Assembly: GCA_028534125.1 (NCBI GenBank)
Contig: CM052816.1
Location: 77,688,001 to 77,752,000, forward strand
Source: Lama glama
Lineage: Eukaryota
DNA: 64,000 bases
Reading direction: 5' to 3'
In this document: one piece after another, positions 35,950-48,533 of the stretch
Numbering within the stretch: the stretch's first letter is position 1
How the letters are laid out: each line of letters opens with the position of its first letter
Translations under genes and position numbers: made by a program
Notes under the pieces: model-generated
What the model saw: only the letters and a program-made list of their open reading frames with translations
The model's database searches: none
What the model was told of the DNA's origin: nothing

Positions 35950-36339
35950 CCTGCTACCTACTTCCCATCCCTTTTTTTGTAATTACATCTTGATTTCATT
36001 TCGGGAAATCAGCTCTTTTCTATAGTGCACGGCAGAAGGTAAATTTAGAGCTGCTCCAGTTCCAACTACAGTGAGAAAGACCAGTCTGTACAACACCCAC
36101 CCGTGGGTATAGTCAGGGACCTATACATGCCCTAAGTTCACATAATGGGACACTGTCTCCCAGACTTTCCAACTCCCAAGTGACACAGGCCACAATGCAT
36201 TGGTTACTGATTGCCATGGAGCAAATGATCACAGACGGCGTTTTAAAACAACATGAGTTTATTTGCTCATAGTTCTGTAGGTCAGAATTCTGGCGGAAAA
36301 AAATTCTAGCATGTTGTGGCTGGGCTCTTAGTTCAAGTT

Positions 36340-37044
36340 TGTGATGGTGAATTTTCTGTATCAACCTAACTAGGCTAAAGGATGCCCATGTAGATGGTAA
36401 AACATTATTTCTGGGTGTGTCTGTGAGGGTGTTCCTGGAAGAGATTAGCATTTGAATCAGGAAAGAAGGTGGCCCTCCCCCATGTGGGAAGGCATCACCC
36501 AACTGAGGACAGAATAGAACAAAAAGGTGGATGAAGGGCACATTTGTCTTTGCTGTGACATCCATCTTCTCCTGCCCTGGTTTGTGGGCCTTCAGACCCG
36601 GACTAGGACTTCTACCAGCAGCCTCTTGATTCTCAGGCCTTGAGATTCAGACTGAGTTACATCTCTGTCTCTCCTTGTTCTCCAGCTTGCAGATGGCAGA
36701 TTCTGTGACTTCTTAGCCTCCATAATCGTATGGGCAGATTCCTACGATAAGTCTCCCCCTGCATACACAGTTCAACTGTGAACAACATGGATTTGAACTC
36801 TGTGGGTCCACCTATATGTGAATTTTTATTCAATAAATACATACAACAGTACTACACAATCTGCAATTGGCTAAATCTGCAGATGAGAAATGGTGGATGC
36901 GGAGGACTGACTGTAAGGTTATAATGCACTTGAATTTTCAACTATGAGAGGAGTCGGTGCCTCTACTTCCGTGTTGTTCAAAGGTCAGCTATAACTCAGT
37001 ATATCCTATTGGTTCTATTTCTCTGGAGAACCTTGACTTACACA
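36340..37044 (+). mobile_element. ERVL solo LTR (MLT2B/C-like)
   Basis: tgtgatggtgaattttctgtatcaac...aaacattatttctgggtgtgtctgtgagggtgtt...tcctattggttctatttctctggagaaccttgacttacaca. Confidence 0.9.
36768..36991. mobile_element. TcMar-Tigger MITE (MER8/Tigger2-like)
   Basis: Decayed TIRs cagttcaactgtgaacaacatgg ... cgtgttgttcaaaggtcagcta, followed by TA. Confidence 0.8.
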
Positions 37045-38329
37045 GGATCTCACAAGATGTTGGCCAGCTGTGTTCTCATCTGACACACCTCTTCCAAGTT
37101 CACCCTGTTCCTTCCAGTTATAGGACTGAGTTCCTCGTTTCCTTTCTGGCTGTTGGCCAGGGGTCACTCTCAGCAACTTACTGTGGTCCTGGCACGTGGC
37201 CCCCCTCCATCTTCAAAGCCAGCAACAGCAAACGGCATCCTTCTGATGCTTTGAAACTGACTTTCCCTTCTGCCTTTCTCTTCTGCTTTAAAGGGATTAA
37301 ATCAGGCCCATCCTGTTAACCTTCATATCTTAAGGTCAACTGACTTTGGACTTTATACATTCAAAATCCTTTCACATCAGTACTTAGATTAGTGTCCCAC
37401 TGAATACCCAGGGGAAGAAGATCCTGGAGCCTCTGCAGAGTTCTGCCAACCACAGGGACACCTGGAGGTCACCTTCACTGCAGAGGCAGCAGTGGCGATC
37501 ACATCCCAGCCACTCGGTTCTTGCCGGAGACAGAGATGGTTGCTGTGCTTCCCACGTCCTGCTTCCTGGGCCTATGGTGGTTCCTGTCATTCCCAAACCT
37601 AGTCTCCCAGCCTCTCTTCAAAGCTGATGACCCTGACTATAAAAAAATGAATCTCCATTTACCTGGTATTAGCAAAAGCCTGGTTCTGCTGCTTATAATC
37701 AAGAAACCTGGCTGTCTCAGGCTTCAATAAATGTCCGGCAATACACCACACACAAACACACACACACACAATCCAGGGAGGAAGAGTAGGAAAGATCAGA
37801 GGTACACGGAGAGCTCTGTCAAACCACATCCTCCCACGCTCCCAAATCTGGCATGCTGGTTTGAAATCCTTGAGTTTTACTCTGCCATAGGAAGTCAACC
37901 ATTATTTTATTTAAACGAAGGTAGTCAGTGGTCTATGTGGTAAAAGTAAATTAACTGGTCAATTTAAACAAAGACTTCTTCTAATTTTTAATTTGAAGAG
38001 AATGAGCTAGACAGAAGCTGAGGTTAAACTAACACTAGCTAAAAAGTGAAAAATCTGTCAAAAAAAGAATCTGTTGACCTCATAGAGTGGTTATATTAAA
38101 TTTTACATCATGGTTTCCTAAACTGAACAAATTCTTCCCACAGACTCAGCCAGACAACACATGCTGAGATTTTGCAAGGTCACCTTTCCACATACACATG
38201 GCAGGGTTCCTGGGGTGGCTTCAGAGGAGGCGTACAGGTACCAGCGTGTCCCTTTCTAGTTCAAAGTTTCCTTCCAGAGAATTCTTTGTTCTGTGGGGTG
38301 AAGAGATATTTGGTCACAAGAGCCTAATC

Positions 38330-38700
38330 TGTTACCTGCCCACCTGGGGTTTCCGGCCCCGACGGGGCAGGGGGGGCCAGGGTAGTAAGAGAGGTTGAGC
38401 AGTCCGACGTGCACAGAAAAGGGCAAACGAAGCAGCCCCCACTCCCCTGAACCTTGATTTTGTTTATAGACGGCAGCCTTTATGTGGAAAAACGCGTTTG
38501 TGCCAGCCTCCTTGGGCAGCGCTGACCGTTCATTCCTCCTTTGTTGAACTGAGCTTGGAAAAAAAAAGCACCGTGCTGTGAGGAATGGCTGGCATGGGGC
38601 AGAACGTGGAGCTGTGTGTTTCCACAGTCTACTCCAGCATAAACAGACCTCGCTTATTAGTCAGTTGACGAGCCGGGACTCCCCTGCTTGGGAGGACAAA
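38330..38700. promoter_or_regulatory. Candidate enhancer (CpG-retaining unique DNA with a motif cluster)
   Basis: Forkhead TGTTTAT 38461 and ATAAACA 38639; TEAD CATTCC 38531 and GGAATG 38582; TCF/SOX CTTTGTT 38539; AP-1-like TTAGTCA 38657. Confidence 0.35.
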
Positions 38701-39035
38701 GGCCACATCCAGGGAAACTGGGCAACAGACCGATCCAGTGCATACTTTGAGCCCCTTCTCCTCCTCCTCTCCTTTCCCTTATGCCCAGCACTCACTTCCC
38801 TCCATGTAGCTTTGGGCACCTGAGAAGATGGTGTTTAGCATTCCGCTCCAGGATGGGGAGGGCTTTCTGTACCTTTGAGGTATCCTTGGTTTTTAGGAGC
38901 AAGCAGGGAAAAAGAGGAGACATTTCCTACTCTGAGTTCTTGGTTGGTGAACACAAAGGATGTTTGATCAGTACAGAGATGAGGCATCCGGACTCTGGAT
39001 CCTGTTGGCCTAGATCTGAATCTTGCTTCATCACT

Positions 39036-39402
39036 GTATTTGTCAGGGAAAGTGCTATAATTAACAAATAAACCCCTAAACCCCAGTGACTAAACATCAC
39101 ACAGGTTTACTGCTCACTCAGGTCACTGTACAGTGTGCTTTTGGCTAAGACGCCTGGCTCCATGCAGTTATTCTGGAATTCAGGCTCATTCTGTCCCTTA
39201 GCCCTGCCAGAACCCAGGGCCGTGGAGTCAGCAGGTCAGGGAAGAGCGGGCATGGTCTGGAGACGTGTATCACTCTACCCACTAGCATGGACCAGACTCA
39301 GTTATGTGGTCTCACCCATCTGCATGGGAGGCTGGGAAGTGTAGTCTAGCTGTGGCCCAGAGGGAAAAGGAAATCAGCTTGGCGAACAAACCTAGTCTCT
39401 GT
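39036..39402 (-). mobile_element. MaLR LTR (MLT1J-like)
   Basis: ctgcatgggaggctgggaagtgtagtctagctgtggcccagagggaaaaggaaa. Confidence 0.7.
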
Positions 39403-39431
39403 GTTTATTTTGCTTCTTGCCCTGTTAATTG

Positions 39432-39865
39432 GGTATAGTAGGCAGGGTCCTCTGGAGAAACAGAATATATGACATATGAGTGTGTGTGTGGCGGGGGGGT
39501 GTAGAGACAGACAGACAGAGACAGAAAGAGAGACTGTTTGATTTTAAGGAGCTGGCTCATGTGATTGTGGAAGCTGGCAAGTCTGAAAGCAGAGCAGACC
39601 AGCAGACAAGAGTTTTACAGTTCAAGTCTCAGTTTGAAGGCAGTCTGAAGGCAAAATTTCTTTCTTAAGGAATCTCAGAATTTTAAGGCCTTCAACTGAT
39701 TAGACGAGGCCCATCACGTCATGGAGGTACCTGGCTTTACTCAGTCACCTGATTTCAATGTTACTCTCATCTGAAAAATAACTTCACAACACCATCTCGA
39801 CTAGTGTGTGACTAAATATCTGGGCACTCTGGCCCAGCCAAGTTAATACATAAAGTTATTTCACA
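39432..39865 (-). mobile_element. ERVL solo LTR (MLT2D-like)
   Basis: ttttaaggagctggctcatgtgattgtggaagctggcaagtctgaaa...ttaaggccttcaactgattagacgaggccca...agccaagttaatacataaa. Confidence 0.85.
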
Positions 39866-40674
39866 ATGGGTGTGAAAAATTAGTATTTAAAGTACTGGGA
39901 CCTAAAAAGCTCTATGTAAAACTTAGTTTATTGTCACTACTTTAGTTTTTAATCACCATCATTACTGCTACTAATTGAAGTTGGAACACAGGCCCAGAGC
40001 TCAACCACCCCAGCATTGCTCCTTAACCACCCCATCAAACCCTCGAGGGAGTGACTCACCTAGAAAGGGCTTATCTTAGACAAATGTTCTCATTATTTCT
40101 TTCAAAACACTTTCCTATTTACTATCTCACTCAGTCCTTTGCTCAAACCCCTGAAGCGGGCAGGGCAAAATTATTCCTACTGTTCCTATTTAGAGAATAT
40201 AGCTGCCCTCCCACCCCACCTTCCCAATCTGTGCCCCGTTCCATCATCCAGAGTCTGTTCTAGGAGAGCACCCCCCGCATTCTGTGTGGGAGGTGTCTTC
40301 CTTCCAACCTGATCTAAAATTCTTTGCATATTATACTTCCCATAGAAGTAACAACATAACAAGTATTAGGTAGGATTAACTGAAATACTCTTATTAATAC
40401 CTCCCTTTAGGTACTGCATGAATTAAATAGACTTCTGTAGCTAGATCTTGGGGCACCTAATTCACCATTTAAATATTTAAACTATGATTTCCACGGCCAA
40501 GCAAGCCCCACGATTCAAGAAATAAACACAAGAACGAACTTTTGGAACATGACTCTGTTTATAGGAGGGGATTTCCTGCACACGAGTGCTGACACCGGGG
40601 CTGGCCTGAGGCACAGCTGGGAGGCAGTTAGTTTGTCTTTGGTCTCCTTCCATTCCCTGCCTTCCGGGTCTCAC

Positions 40675-40712
40675 CCTTCTGCCGCCATCTGTTTTCTTCA
40701 TCATCACTTACA
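40675..40712 (-). other. Candidate 38-nt exon (or 3' end of a first exon) of a minus-strand transcript
   Basis: cttctgcttctgtcctatttatttAG|TGTAAGTGATGATGAAGAAAACAGATGGCGGCAGAAGG|GTGAGA. Confidence 0.3.
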
Positions 40713-41985
40713 CTAAATAAATAGGACAGAAGCAGAAGCCAAAAGTCTGGGTATGGGACTTGGCTCTGTCCTAACCAGTTGCGCGACCTCAGCCAAGTCT
40801 TTTTGCTTTGGTTTCCTTGACCGTAAGTCCAGGAGGGTAGGTAAGCTCGTGGTAAGTCGCCTTTCAACTTCGTTTTGCAGTCTACTCTGTGCCACCCCTC
40901 CAGGGGGTCTCGCTGTCAGTTGCCTGACAACAGAGACGCACGGGCTCCCTCTCATCCTACCCGGTGGTTCTGAAGGCTCCAAGGTGGGATGACAACGTCC
41001 AACCCCAAAGCCTTCAACGCACAAAAAGAATTCCTTGCTGATGGTGGGAGTTTGGGCAGAGAGCCACTCTACTGGAGAGCTCTTTGAGGATAGTTGCCCC
41101 TTAAATCCCATCAACTGGGAAGCAGGCCACTCTCCACCCTCTCACCAGGCAGCCTGGGATTGGGTACCCAGCCACCCACGGCTAGAGAGAGTGTTTATGC
41201 AGGCTGGAATGATGGGGTAACAGGAGCCACGTGGAGCTTGGCTGGAGAGAGACATTCAATCACAGATATGGCCCCTCAAAACCCAAATCCCTTACAGGGC
41301 AAATTATTTCAGCTGCCTGAGCTGGTGCAGAGCCTCCTGCCCGGCGAGAAGCACGATCGCCTCTCCCCAAGGACACTGGTGACCCCCACGGAACCTTCTC
41401 TCCCTGACCTGCGTGCAGGCCAGTCATGCTCTTCTGAAACTAGATACTGTGAGGCCAGACCTGTGCATAGCAAAAGAGGCCACCCCAGCTCACTAATCCA
41501 ACGCAAGGATAGCTTTACACAGGGCACATAGCGTTCCCCGCAGCCCGTCATGCCTGCATGTGTCTGGGGGCGTTCTTGCTGTGAAATACCCAAGACAAAT
41601 CCAAGCCAGCTGAGAAGTCCACCCAATCTTGTCAACCCTGAGCGAAATAAGTCATACAGTGTAATGTAACACAGGTCACATGGTCCTGAGACCCAGGGTT
41701 TGGTCTGGTTTCTGTAACTTGCTGAATGGGTGACCTTGGGCAAGTCATTTAAATGCTGTGGGACCTTCTGGCTTTAGGGTTCTGTCAACAGGACCACCTA
41801 TTACCTATTTCCTCACTTTCACTATTTTCTCTCCAAAAGAAAAAGGCTAAAAAACAACAAACAAACACCAGATACCTTTGCTGTGCCCGTATAATCTTTC
41901 AATCCTCCCACTAACCCAGTGAGGCAAATACTATCATCCTCACTCCACAGATGAGGAAGCAAGCTTTCAGGGAGGCTTAGTAACT

Positions 41986-42210
41986 GCTGTTGACTGACTT
42001 GTGTCCCCTCAAAATTGAGGCCCTGGCCCCCAGTGTGACTGTATTTGGATAGAGGGTCTCTGGGATGTAATTAAGGTTAAATGAGGTCATGAGGGTAGAA
42101 GCCCAGTCCCGTAGGACTGATGGCCCCTGTAAGAGGAAGAGAGCCCTTCCCCGACCACCTGCACAGAGGAAAGGCCAGGTGAGCGCACACGGGACAGCAC
42201 CCAGCACAGC
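41986..42210 (+). mobile_element. MaLR LTR 5' part (MLT1A-like)
   Basis: tgtgtcccctcaaaatt...gtgtgactgtatttgga...taattaaggttaaatgaggtcatgagggt. Confidence 0.85.
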
Positions 42211-42914
42211 GCGTGCTCAAAAAACACGCTTGACTGAAGACTTCGTGACATTCATTTGGACAGGAGGAGTGAACTTGAACCTCCAAACAGTCTCTGGGCT
42301 TGGGAGGTTTGGAAATAGTTTTAAATCTGCTTTTACTTAATGAAGGTACCACTCCACACTTCAACATGAAGAATGACAGGCATGAACCATTCAACTAGAC
42401 TTGGAAAATTACACACTTCTGGAATGGCTATTTTTTAAATATCTGTCAATTTTAAGTCTAAACTTTTTTCTAATTTCAGTTCCAGGGTGGCACTGCCATT
42501 AACGCTGACAAAATCAACAGAAGGCAGACTTAAGGGTTTACAACATCTACCATCATTCCCCCTATTTATTTTTATCACATTCTTTTTTGGTAAGGCTAGA
42601 GAATAATTCAGGCTATCATCTATGTTATAATACATATAACCTATATACCTAAATGTCCTGACAACCTCCAAGACTGTTGAGGAAAGAAACCAAAAGGTAC
42701 AAAACAGTGTGCATTAAAAGCTACCATCTATTTTTAACACAGGAAAAAATTACACCCAGAAAAATACTCATGCATGTACCTATATATGCATTTGCCCATA
42801 CCTGCCCAAAATATCCCTGAAGGGATTCACCCAAAACACTCATAACATTGGTTTTCTCTAGGGAAGAGAACTTGGAAGATAGAGATTTTCAAAAATGAGG
42901 TGTTGGTGTGTTTT

Positions 42915-43550
42915 TTTAAAAATTATTATTTACTATTCTATTGATGTAAAGGATGTAAATCTTAAGTGTGCAGTTCGATGAATTTTTACATATGTATTTA
43001 CCCATACAATCATAATTCTGATCAAAATACAGAATATTTCTGGAACCCCAGAAGACACCCCCTGCTCCTATCCAGTCAACACCCAGGCCCCCAAGACAAT
43101 CCCCCTCTAACCTAGATCACAGTATAGGTGGACTCAAACAGTATGTAATCTCCCATGTCTGGCTTCTTTCCTTGGACACTATGTCTATGAGACTCATCCC
43201 GACACTGCACGTGGTAATTCCTTTCCATTACCATGGAGTAGTCGGTCATATACGAGTATGTGGTGTAGGAATGTACCAGTTTGTTCATCTGCTACTGCTG
43301 ATGGATACTATTATCAGTTTAGACATACTATGAATGAAAGCTGCTAGCAGTATCCTAGGAGTCTTTTGGTGGACTCCCAAGTGCTCACCTCTGAGGAACT
43401 GTTAGATCACGGGGTAAAAGTATTTCAGCTTTAGCAGGTATTTCCAAGCAGCTTTTTCCAAGTCTCGGTACCAATTTACACTCCCATCATCTGTACATGA
43501 GACTTCCAATTAGTTGCTCCACATCATTGCCAACATTTGGTGGTGTTCAA
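42915..43550 (-). mobile_element. L1 3' UTR (L1MC/MD-like) inserted in an older plus-strand L1ME remnant (about 42630-43660)
   Basis: aatcttaagtgtgcagttcgatgaattttt...taccaatttacactccca...ttgctccacatcattgccaacatttgg. Confidence 0.75.
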
Positions 43551-44074
43551 GGGAGACTTTCAGCAAGAATCTTTTCACTTATGTATCCTTCTGCACATTT
43601 TGATTTTAAACCATATGCACATATTGTCTATTCATTCTTTAATAAATAAAAATTTAACATGAACACTGAACAAAAAATGAAAGACATAAGCTGGCAAAAG
43701 CAATTTCATTTATCTTTCCTTAATATACATGAGTGGCTAGCAACTCTCCAGATACGGAGTACAGATTGGGAACTAATGCAATGATGTGACCAGGGCATTT
43801 ACCATTTGACATTTGCCAGTTGTCTTAAAAAGGAACCACAAATTTCTAGAGAGAAGAGATAAGAAAAAGGGGCAGTGCAAAGCTTACTAGCAAGACAAAT
43901 ATGCTATGGGAATGCTCCCTACAGAACTATGAATCAAGAGGTCCTAATAACAGAAAAAGCTGGTGCATTGTATCCTCAATAAATTCCAGCTCTTTTCTAT
44001 ATTTTGGTCTGGTTATCACTTCATAGCCACCATCTTCCTGATCCATGAAAACGGGGATGCACTGCTGTCCAGAT

Positions 44075-44680
44075 GTACTCACTCAACGTGCTGAGCACCT
44101 TCTATGCGCCAGGCACATTAACACTGGACACGTAAAGGCAAATAAGACACCATCCTTGCTCTCCATCATCTTGCAATTCCAGTGAGGGAGACAGACGGGC
44201 AGAACAATAACTAGAGTGTTACAAGTGTCCCAACCCAGGGTGCTGAGGGAGCAAAGGAAATACAGCTGAACCAGATGTGCAGCGCAGACAGATCACCAGA
44301 GAAAACATGATTGCGCTGAGTTTTGAAGGGTGAATGGTAATTAGTTAAATGGAAAAGGAGGAAGAGTGTACCAGGCAGACAGAACAGCACATGCAAAGGC
44401 GTGGAAGCGTAAAAAAAAAAGATATCTTTAGGAACTCTAATATGGCAATGTGATTGGAATAATAGAGAGTCTGTTTCAAGTGGAAACTGTAATGAAGGAG
44501 AGGCTACAGAGGTAGGTAGGGGAAAGGTCACTGTAGACCTTGCTTCCTAAGCTAAGCAATGCCAAGTTTATCCTGAAAGCTTTGGCAAACCATGCAACAT
44601 TTCAAGCAGAAGAGGAATCTGATTTTCATAATGAAAAGACGAAAGGTTTTCTTATGCTGCTTATCTAGACAGAGACCCAG
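44075..44680 (-). mobile_element. L2 3' part
   Basis: tgagcaccttctatgcgccaggcac...ccaggcagacagaacagcacatgcaaaggcgtgga. Confidence 0.85.
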
Positions 44681-44799
44681 AAGGGGGAAAAGAAGTAAAG
44701 AAGGGAGAAACAGGAAAAGGGGAATCACAGAAAACAAGAAAAGTAAGAAAAGTAAAGGTAAGAGGAGAGAGTAGAAAGGAAGGAATTGGATCTGTTTTA

Positions 44800-45600
44800 A
44801 ATTGCTCCATGACTTTGGAGCAAGCAAAAAGCCCTTAAAGAGGACACAGAAAAATTAAACATAAAATTGGTACATCAGACAATCTTAAACTTAAGAGCAC
44901 TTGTTCAACAAAAGAGATCATTAAGAAAATCAAAAGGCAACTCCACAGTGGTAAAGATATCTGCAATTATGTACCTCTGACAAAGGACTCATATCTAGAA
45001 TAACTTTCACAAATCAATAAAAAAAATGACGGACAACCCAATAGAAAAAACGTATAGACAACTCAAAACATAAGCTATCCACATAACCAATAAGCATAGG
45101 AAAGATTCTCAACTCCATTAGCTATCAGGGAAATGCACATTAAAACCACATGAAATGCCATTACACACCCACCAGAATGGCTGAAATGAAGAAGTCCATT
45201 TTCAGAAGCTACTAAAGCTGAATATGTATTCCCTATGACTCATTCATTCTACTCGGAGGCATCCATCCGAGAAGATACTAGGATGTTGAGAGCAACACTA
45301 TTTATAACAGCTTAACACTAGAAACCACCTAAATACTCTCAGCAATTGAATGGAAGAGTAGTCTGTGGTATATTCACAAAAATGTGACGCTTTCCAGCAA
45401 TGAGAACAAACGATCGAGGAGAACATGCAAGATTATGGATGAATCTCACTAACGTAATGACGTGTTAAAGAAGCCAGATACGAAAAGAGTCCATCCTGTA
45501 CGATCCACTGTATGAAGTGTAAAAACAGGCAAAACTATTCTATGTTGCTGGGAGTCAGGAGAGAGGTGATTCTGGGGAAGGGGAACACTAAAACTCAAGG
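44800..45600 (+). mobile_element. Old L1 ORF2 end plus 3' UTR
   Basis: tctgacaaaggactcatatctagaat; atcagggaaatgcacattaaaaccaca...tacacacccaccagaatggct; atggatgaatctcac. Confidence 0.85.
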
Positions 45601-46539
45601 AAAGTAGGCAGGATTTGTAGACAGTAAATACATTTAGACTTCTGAGCCAAACACAACATTTGTTTAGGGTTTTACAGAGCATTTTAGTTTCTAGCTTGCG
45701 GTGCTTAGGGGCACCAAGAAGATGACTATCTAAAGGGGAGGATTCGGGGGTGGGAATAGGGCCCAAGAATGACAGGAAATTACACCTCTCCTCTCAATAG
45801 TCACAAAATCTAAAATTTTTTAGTAAGTGGCTCATCCCTTTGAGTTAACTACTCCCCCTTCTGGACAGAGCAAAAGGGAGGTAGGAGTATGGCACCCCTG
45901 GGATAAGGTAGACCTGTTCCCTTATATATCTGTAAGGGGCAGTGTCTGAGCCAGAGGGCTCTGCAGGGCCCTTGTGACTTCCCCTCTGTAGGTGATGCTG
46001 GGAACTCTACCGAGTTGTCGGCCTGAAAAAGAGGCAGAAATCACCTGAGACATGAGAAATGCCAAAGACCTTAAAAGGCCAGTGTTCTGGTGAACCCTCA
46101 CAGAGGAAGCCCAGACTACAGGGAGAAACCACCAGAAGGCTTAGGAGGTAGCGTCCACACAAGCAAAATCTAGAAGCATCCTTCTCTTCCATCTCCAAGG
46201 CTGCTACACCACCAAAAAGTCTCTTCCAGGAGACACTGGCAGGAACCAGAAGGAAATACATTTTACACTGAAACCCAATATATAAATATACAAATCTGAG
46301 TTGTCATCAATTGCAAGATACACCATAATTTTACCACTGAGAAAGAAAAAAAAATGTTGTCTGTAATAAAACTCATCCTGATTTCAGAGATTTATAATGA
46401 AAAAAAATGTATATCTTAGATGGAACAATATGTCTTGGATGGAATACAGAGAAAATCTCAAGCAATAATATTAATCTTTATTATGTGTAGCCAGTTTTGA
46501 TATTTACTACTCTGTTCTATACCATTTTAATGTAATTTC

Positions 46540-46619
46540 TCCCCAGAATACTGATAATGACCCATTAAATTGATTTCAAGTTCATTAATGGGTTGCAACC
46601 TCCAATATGAAAAATACTG
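46540..46619. mobile_element. hAT-Charlie terminal fragment
   Basis: gacccattaaattgatttca...taatgggttgcaacctccaatatgaaaaatactg. Confidence 0.55.
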
Positions 46620-47132
46620 GATTAGAATTAAGGTACAGGACTTCTGGATAATTTTGTTGAGAACTCTGAAGAGTTTAAATGAATCTGCTGGTAGGACAAC
46701 TAAATCCAAGTGGTACTTACTGTACAACATATCAGTACCCATCTCTGGGCTGCATCACCTAGAAACCTGAGGCAGAGCAGCGTGTAGATCTTGCTATGAG
46801 AATAATTCAGGACACTGGTGCTGTGCAGTGGATGTGCACTGCTATAATTAAGCCATGAGACATGTCAGCCAGGGCATTTCTGAGTGCTGGTTCCTGCATG
46901 CCTCCTGTATGTTGTAAGGCATGTGTCCAAAATTAGAGTGACCGAAAGCCCCTTAAAAAGTGCAATAAGCCTTCCTTGTAACACCCCTGCCCCAAGTGTT
47001 AGGTTACAATTCAATGACCTGGTTGATGAGGGAAAATACCCTTACTCGTTTTATGAGTCCTTACAGATCCAAGTATAATGTAATGACCAATCAGAATGCT
47101 ACTTTGGTGGCATAGTTATCCTCATATTTCAG

Positions 47133-47289
47133 AGTCAAATCTGTACCATTCACATGGGAGCCCAGGCAGAAATCAGACGAGGGGTGTTTTAGATGGCATT
47201 GCTTGAACAATTTGCTATGGACTGAGCATCATTCAAGGGAGATGTACAGTGAGGCACACAGATCACTGAATGACTTTCTATTGGAATTG
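47133..47289 (+). other. Candidate exon (157 nt)
   Basis: atcctcatatttcAG|AGTCAA...GAATTG|GTAAGT. One frame is open. Product not recognised. Confidence 0.3.
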
Positions 47290-48533
47290 GTAAGTTGAAC
47301 ATCTTATCAAGAGCGGTAGCTCAGAATATACTGGAACATACTGGCGAGTTCTTCTATATGGTACTTCACTTGCCATGAAGACTGGTCAAGAATTATCCAC
47401 CAAAACTGAGAAATGGAAAACTTTTGCTTTCCTAGAGTTTCCAAGAATGGACTCTCCCAAGTAGCTCTCTAGACATGGACAAAGTGCAGATGGAATAACT
47501 GTGAGCTGGACAAAGTCTATTTCTTTTTCCAACATAGTGTGAGTTTGTTTTTGTTTTTAAAATACTGCCTTAAGGGAGAAACATTTGAACATTTCTCCCC
47601 AGGACAAAAGTATAAAAGAGGTCAAACAACAAGTCAAGAAAATTATGATCCTAGAAACCAAAACCAAAGGGTTACAACTTGGAGATTCCTAAGCAGACAA
47701 TTGGAGCTTTTATTGATCTCAAAAAATGTATTCCCCTTTCCCTGGCAGATCAGGTCCATTGCTGCTAGAAGCTGAGATCTTCTGTATGTTTGGAACCATG
47801 GCACTGGATAGTTGGGCTGCTGTGTCTTGCTCTTCTGATATTGGCTGTTCACTACGTAACACCACCCTGTCCTTGTGACGTTTTGTATCTCAACCTTATG
47901 GAAATAGGTCAGAAGGCAGAAGGGAACCCCCGCAAGGATTACAGATACAAGGAGACAGTGAAGAAGGTGGAGAAGCCACATGCTTCCAAGCAGTAGCCTG
48001 CTCTGATAAGAGGAAGATGCGAGCCCTCTACTGTAGCAGCTCTCGTAAGGAGACAGATGAAGAGTAACAGATGAGAACATTGACACACAGCCCAGGAGGT
48101 TTGTCCAAGAATTAGTAGCTTTGTTCTTTAATTACTGTTTTAGTTCTCCTTTGTCAATAACACCCTGCTTCTCATAACGTTATGAACATATGAAATGGAC
48201 GTATCCATATCTCAATGATTACCTGAAATGTGATTGTTCTGGATCCTTGACTCACCTCATGCTACATTTCACCTTTGGCCCCAGCCAGGAGGACAACTGG
48301 AGGCTGAGATCCGGCTCACACCACTGAGTCCAATGTGCATCCTGCCACAAAGCTTCCTCTGCTTGCAGGGAGAGGCCCCTTTTTGAGTTTGCACCAAGAG
48401 ACCATATGGGTTAGTGGAGAGCCCTATAAATGGGGAGAGAAGTGAAATTGGCATTAGTTCTATAATATTTCAAATATAAGTACATGCAGAGTTGGACTAA
48501 GGCTTAGATTTATGGATTAGAATATCAATTGAT

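Larger units (their letters stand above)
36196..37454 (-). mobile_element. MaLR LTR (MLT1D/E-like), host of nested MLT2 and MER8
   Basis: Left piece tttatttgctcatagttctgtaggtcagaa; right piece ggcccccctccatcttcaaagccagcaac...ttaaggtcaactga...ttctgccaaccaca. Confidence 0.8.

Noticed and set aside
36113..36565. 150-aa minus-strand ORF
   Set aside because: Crosses the MLT2/MLT1 LTR junction. Repeat-derived and non-coding.
47790..47996. 68-aa ORF with a signal-peptide-like N-terminus
   Set aside because: Starts at TTG, not ATG. A short hydrophobic stretch is expected by chance among this many ORFs.
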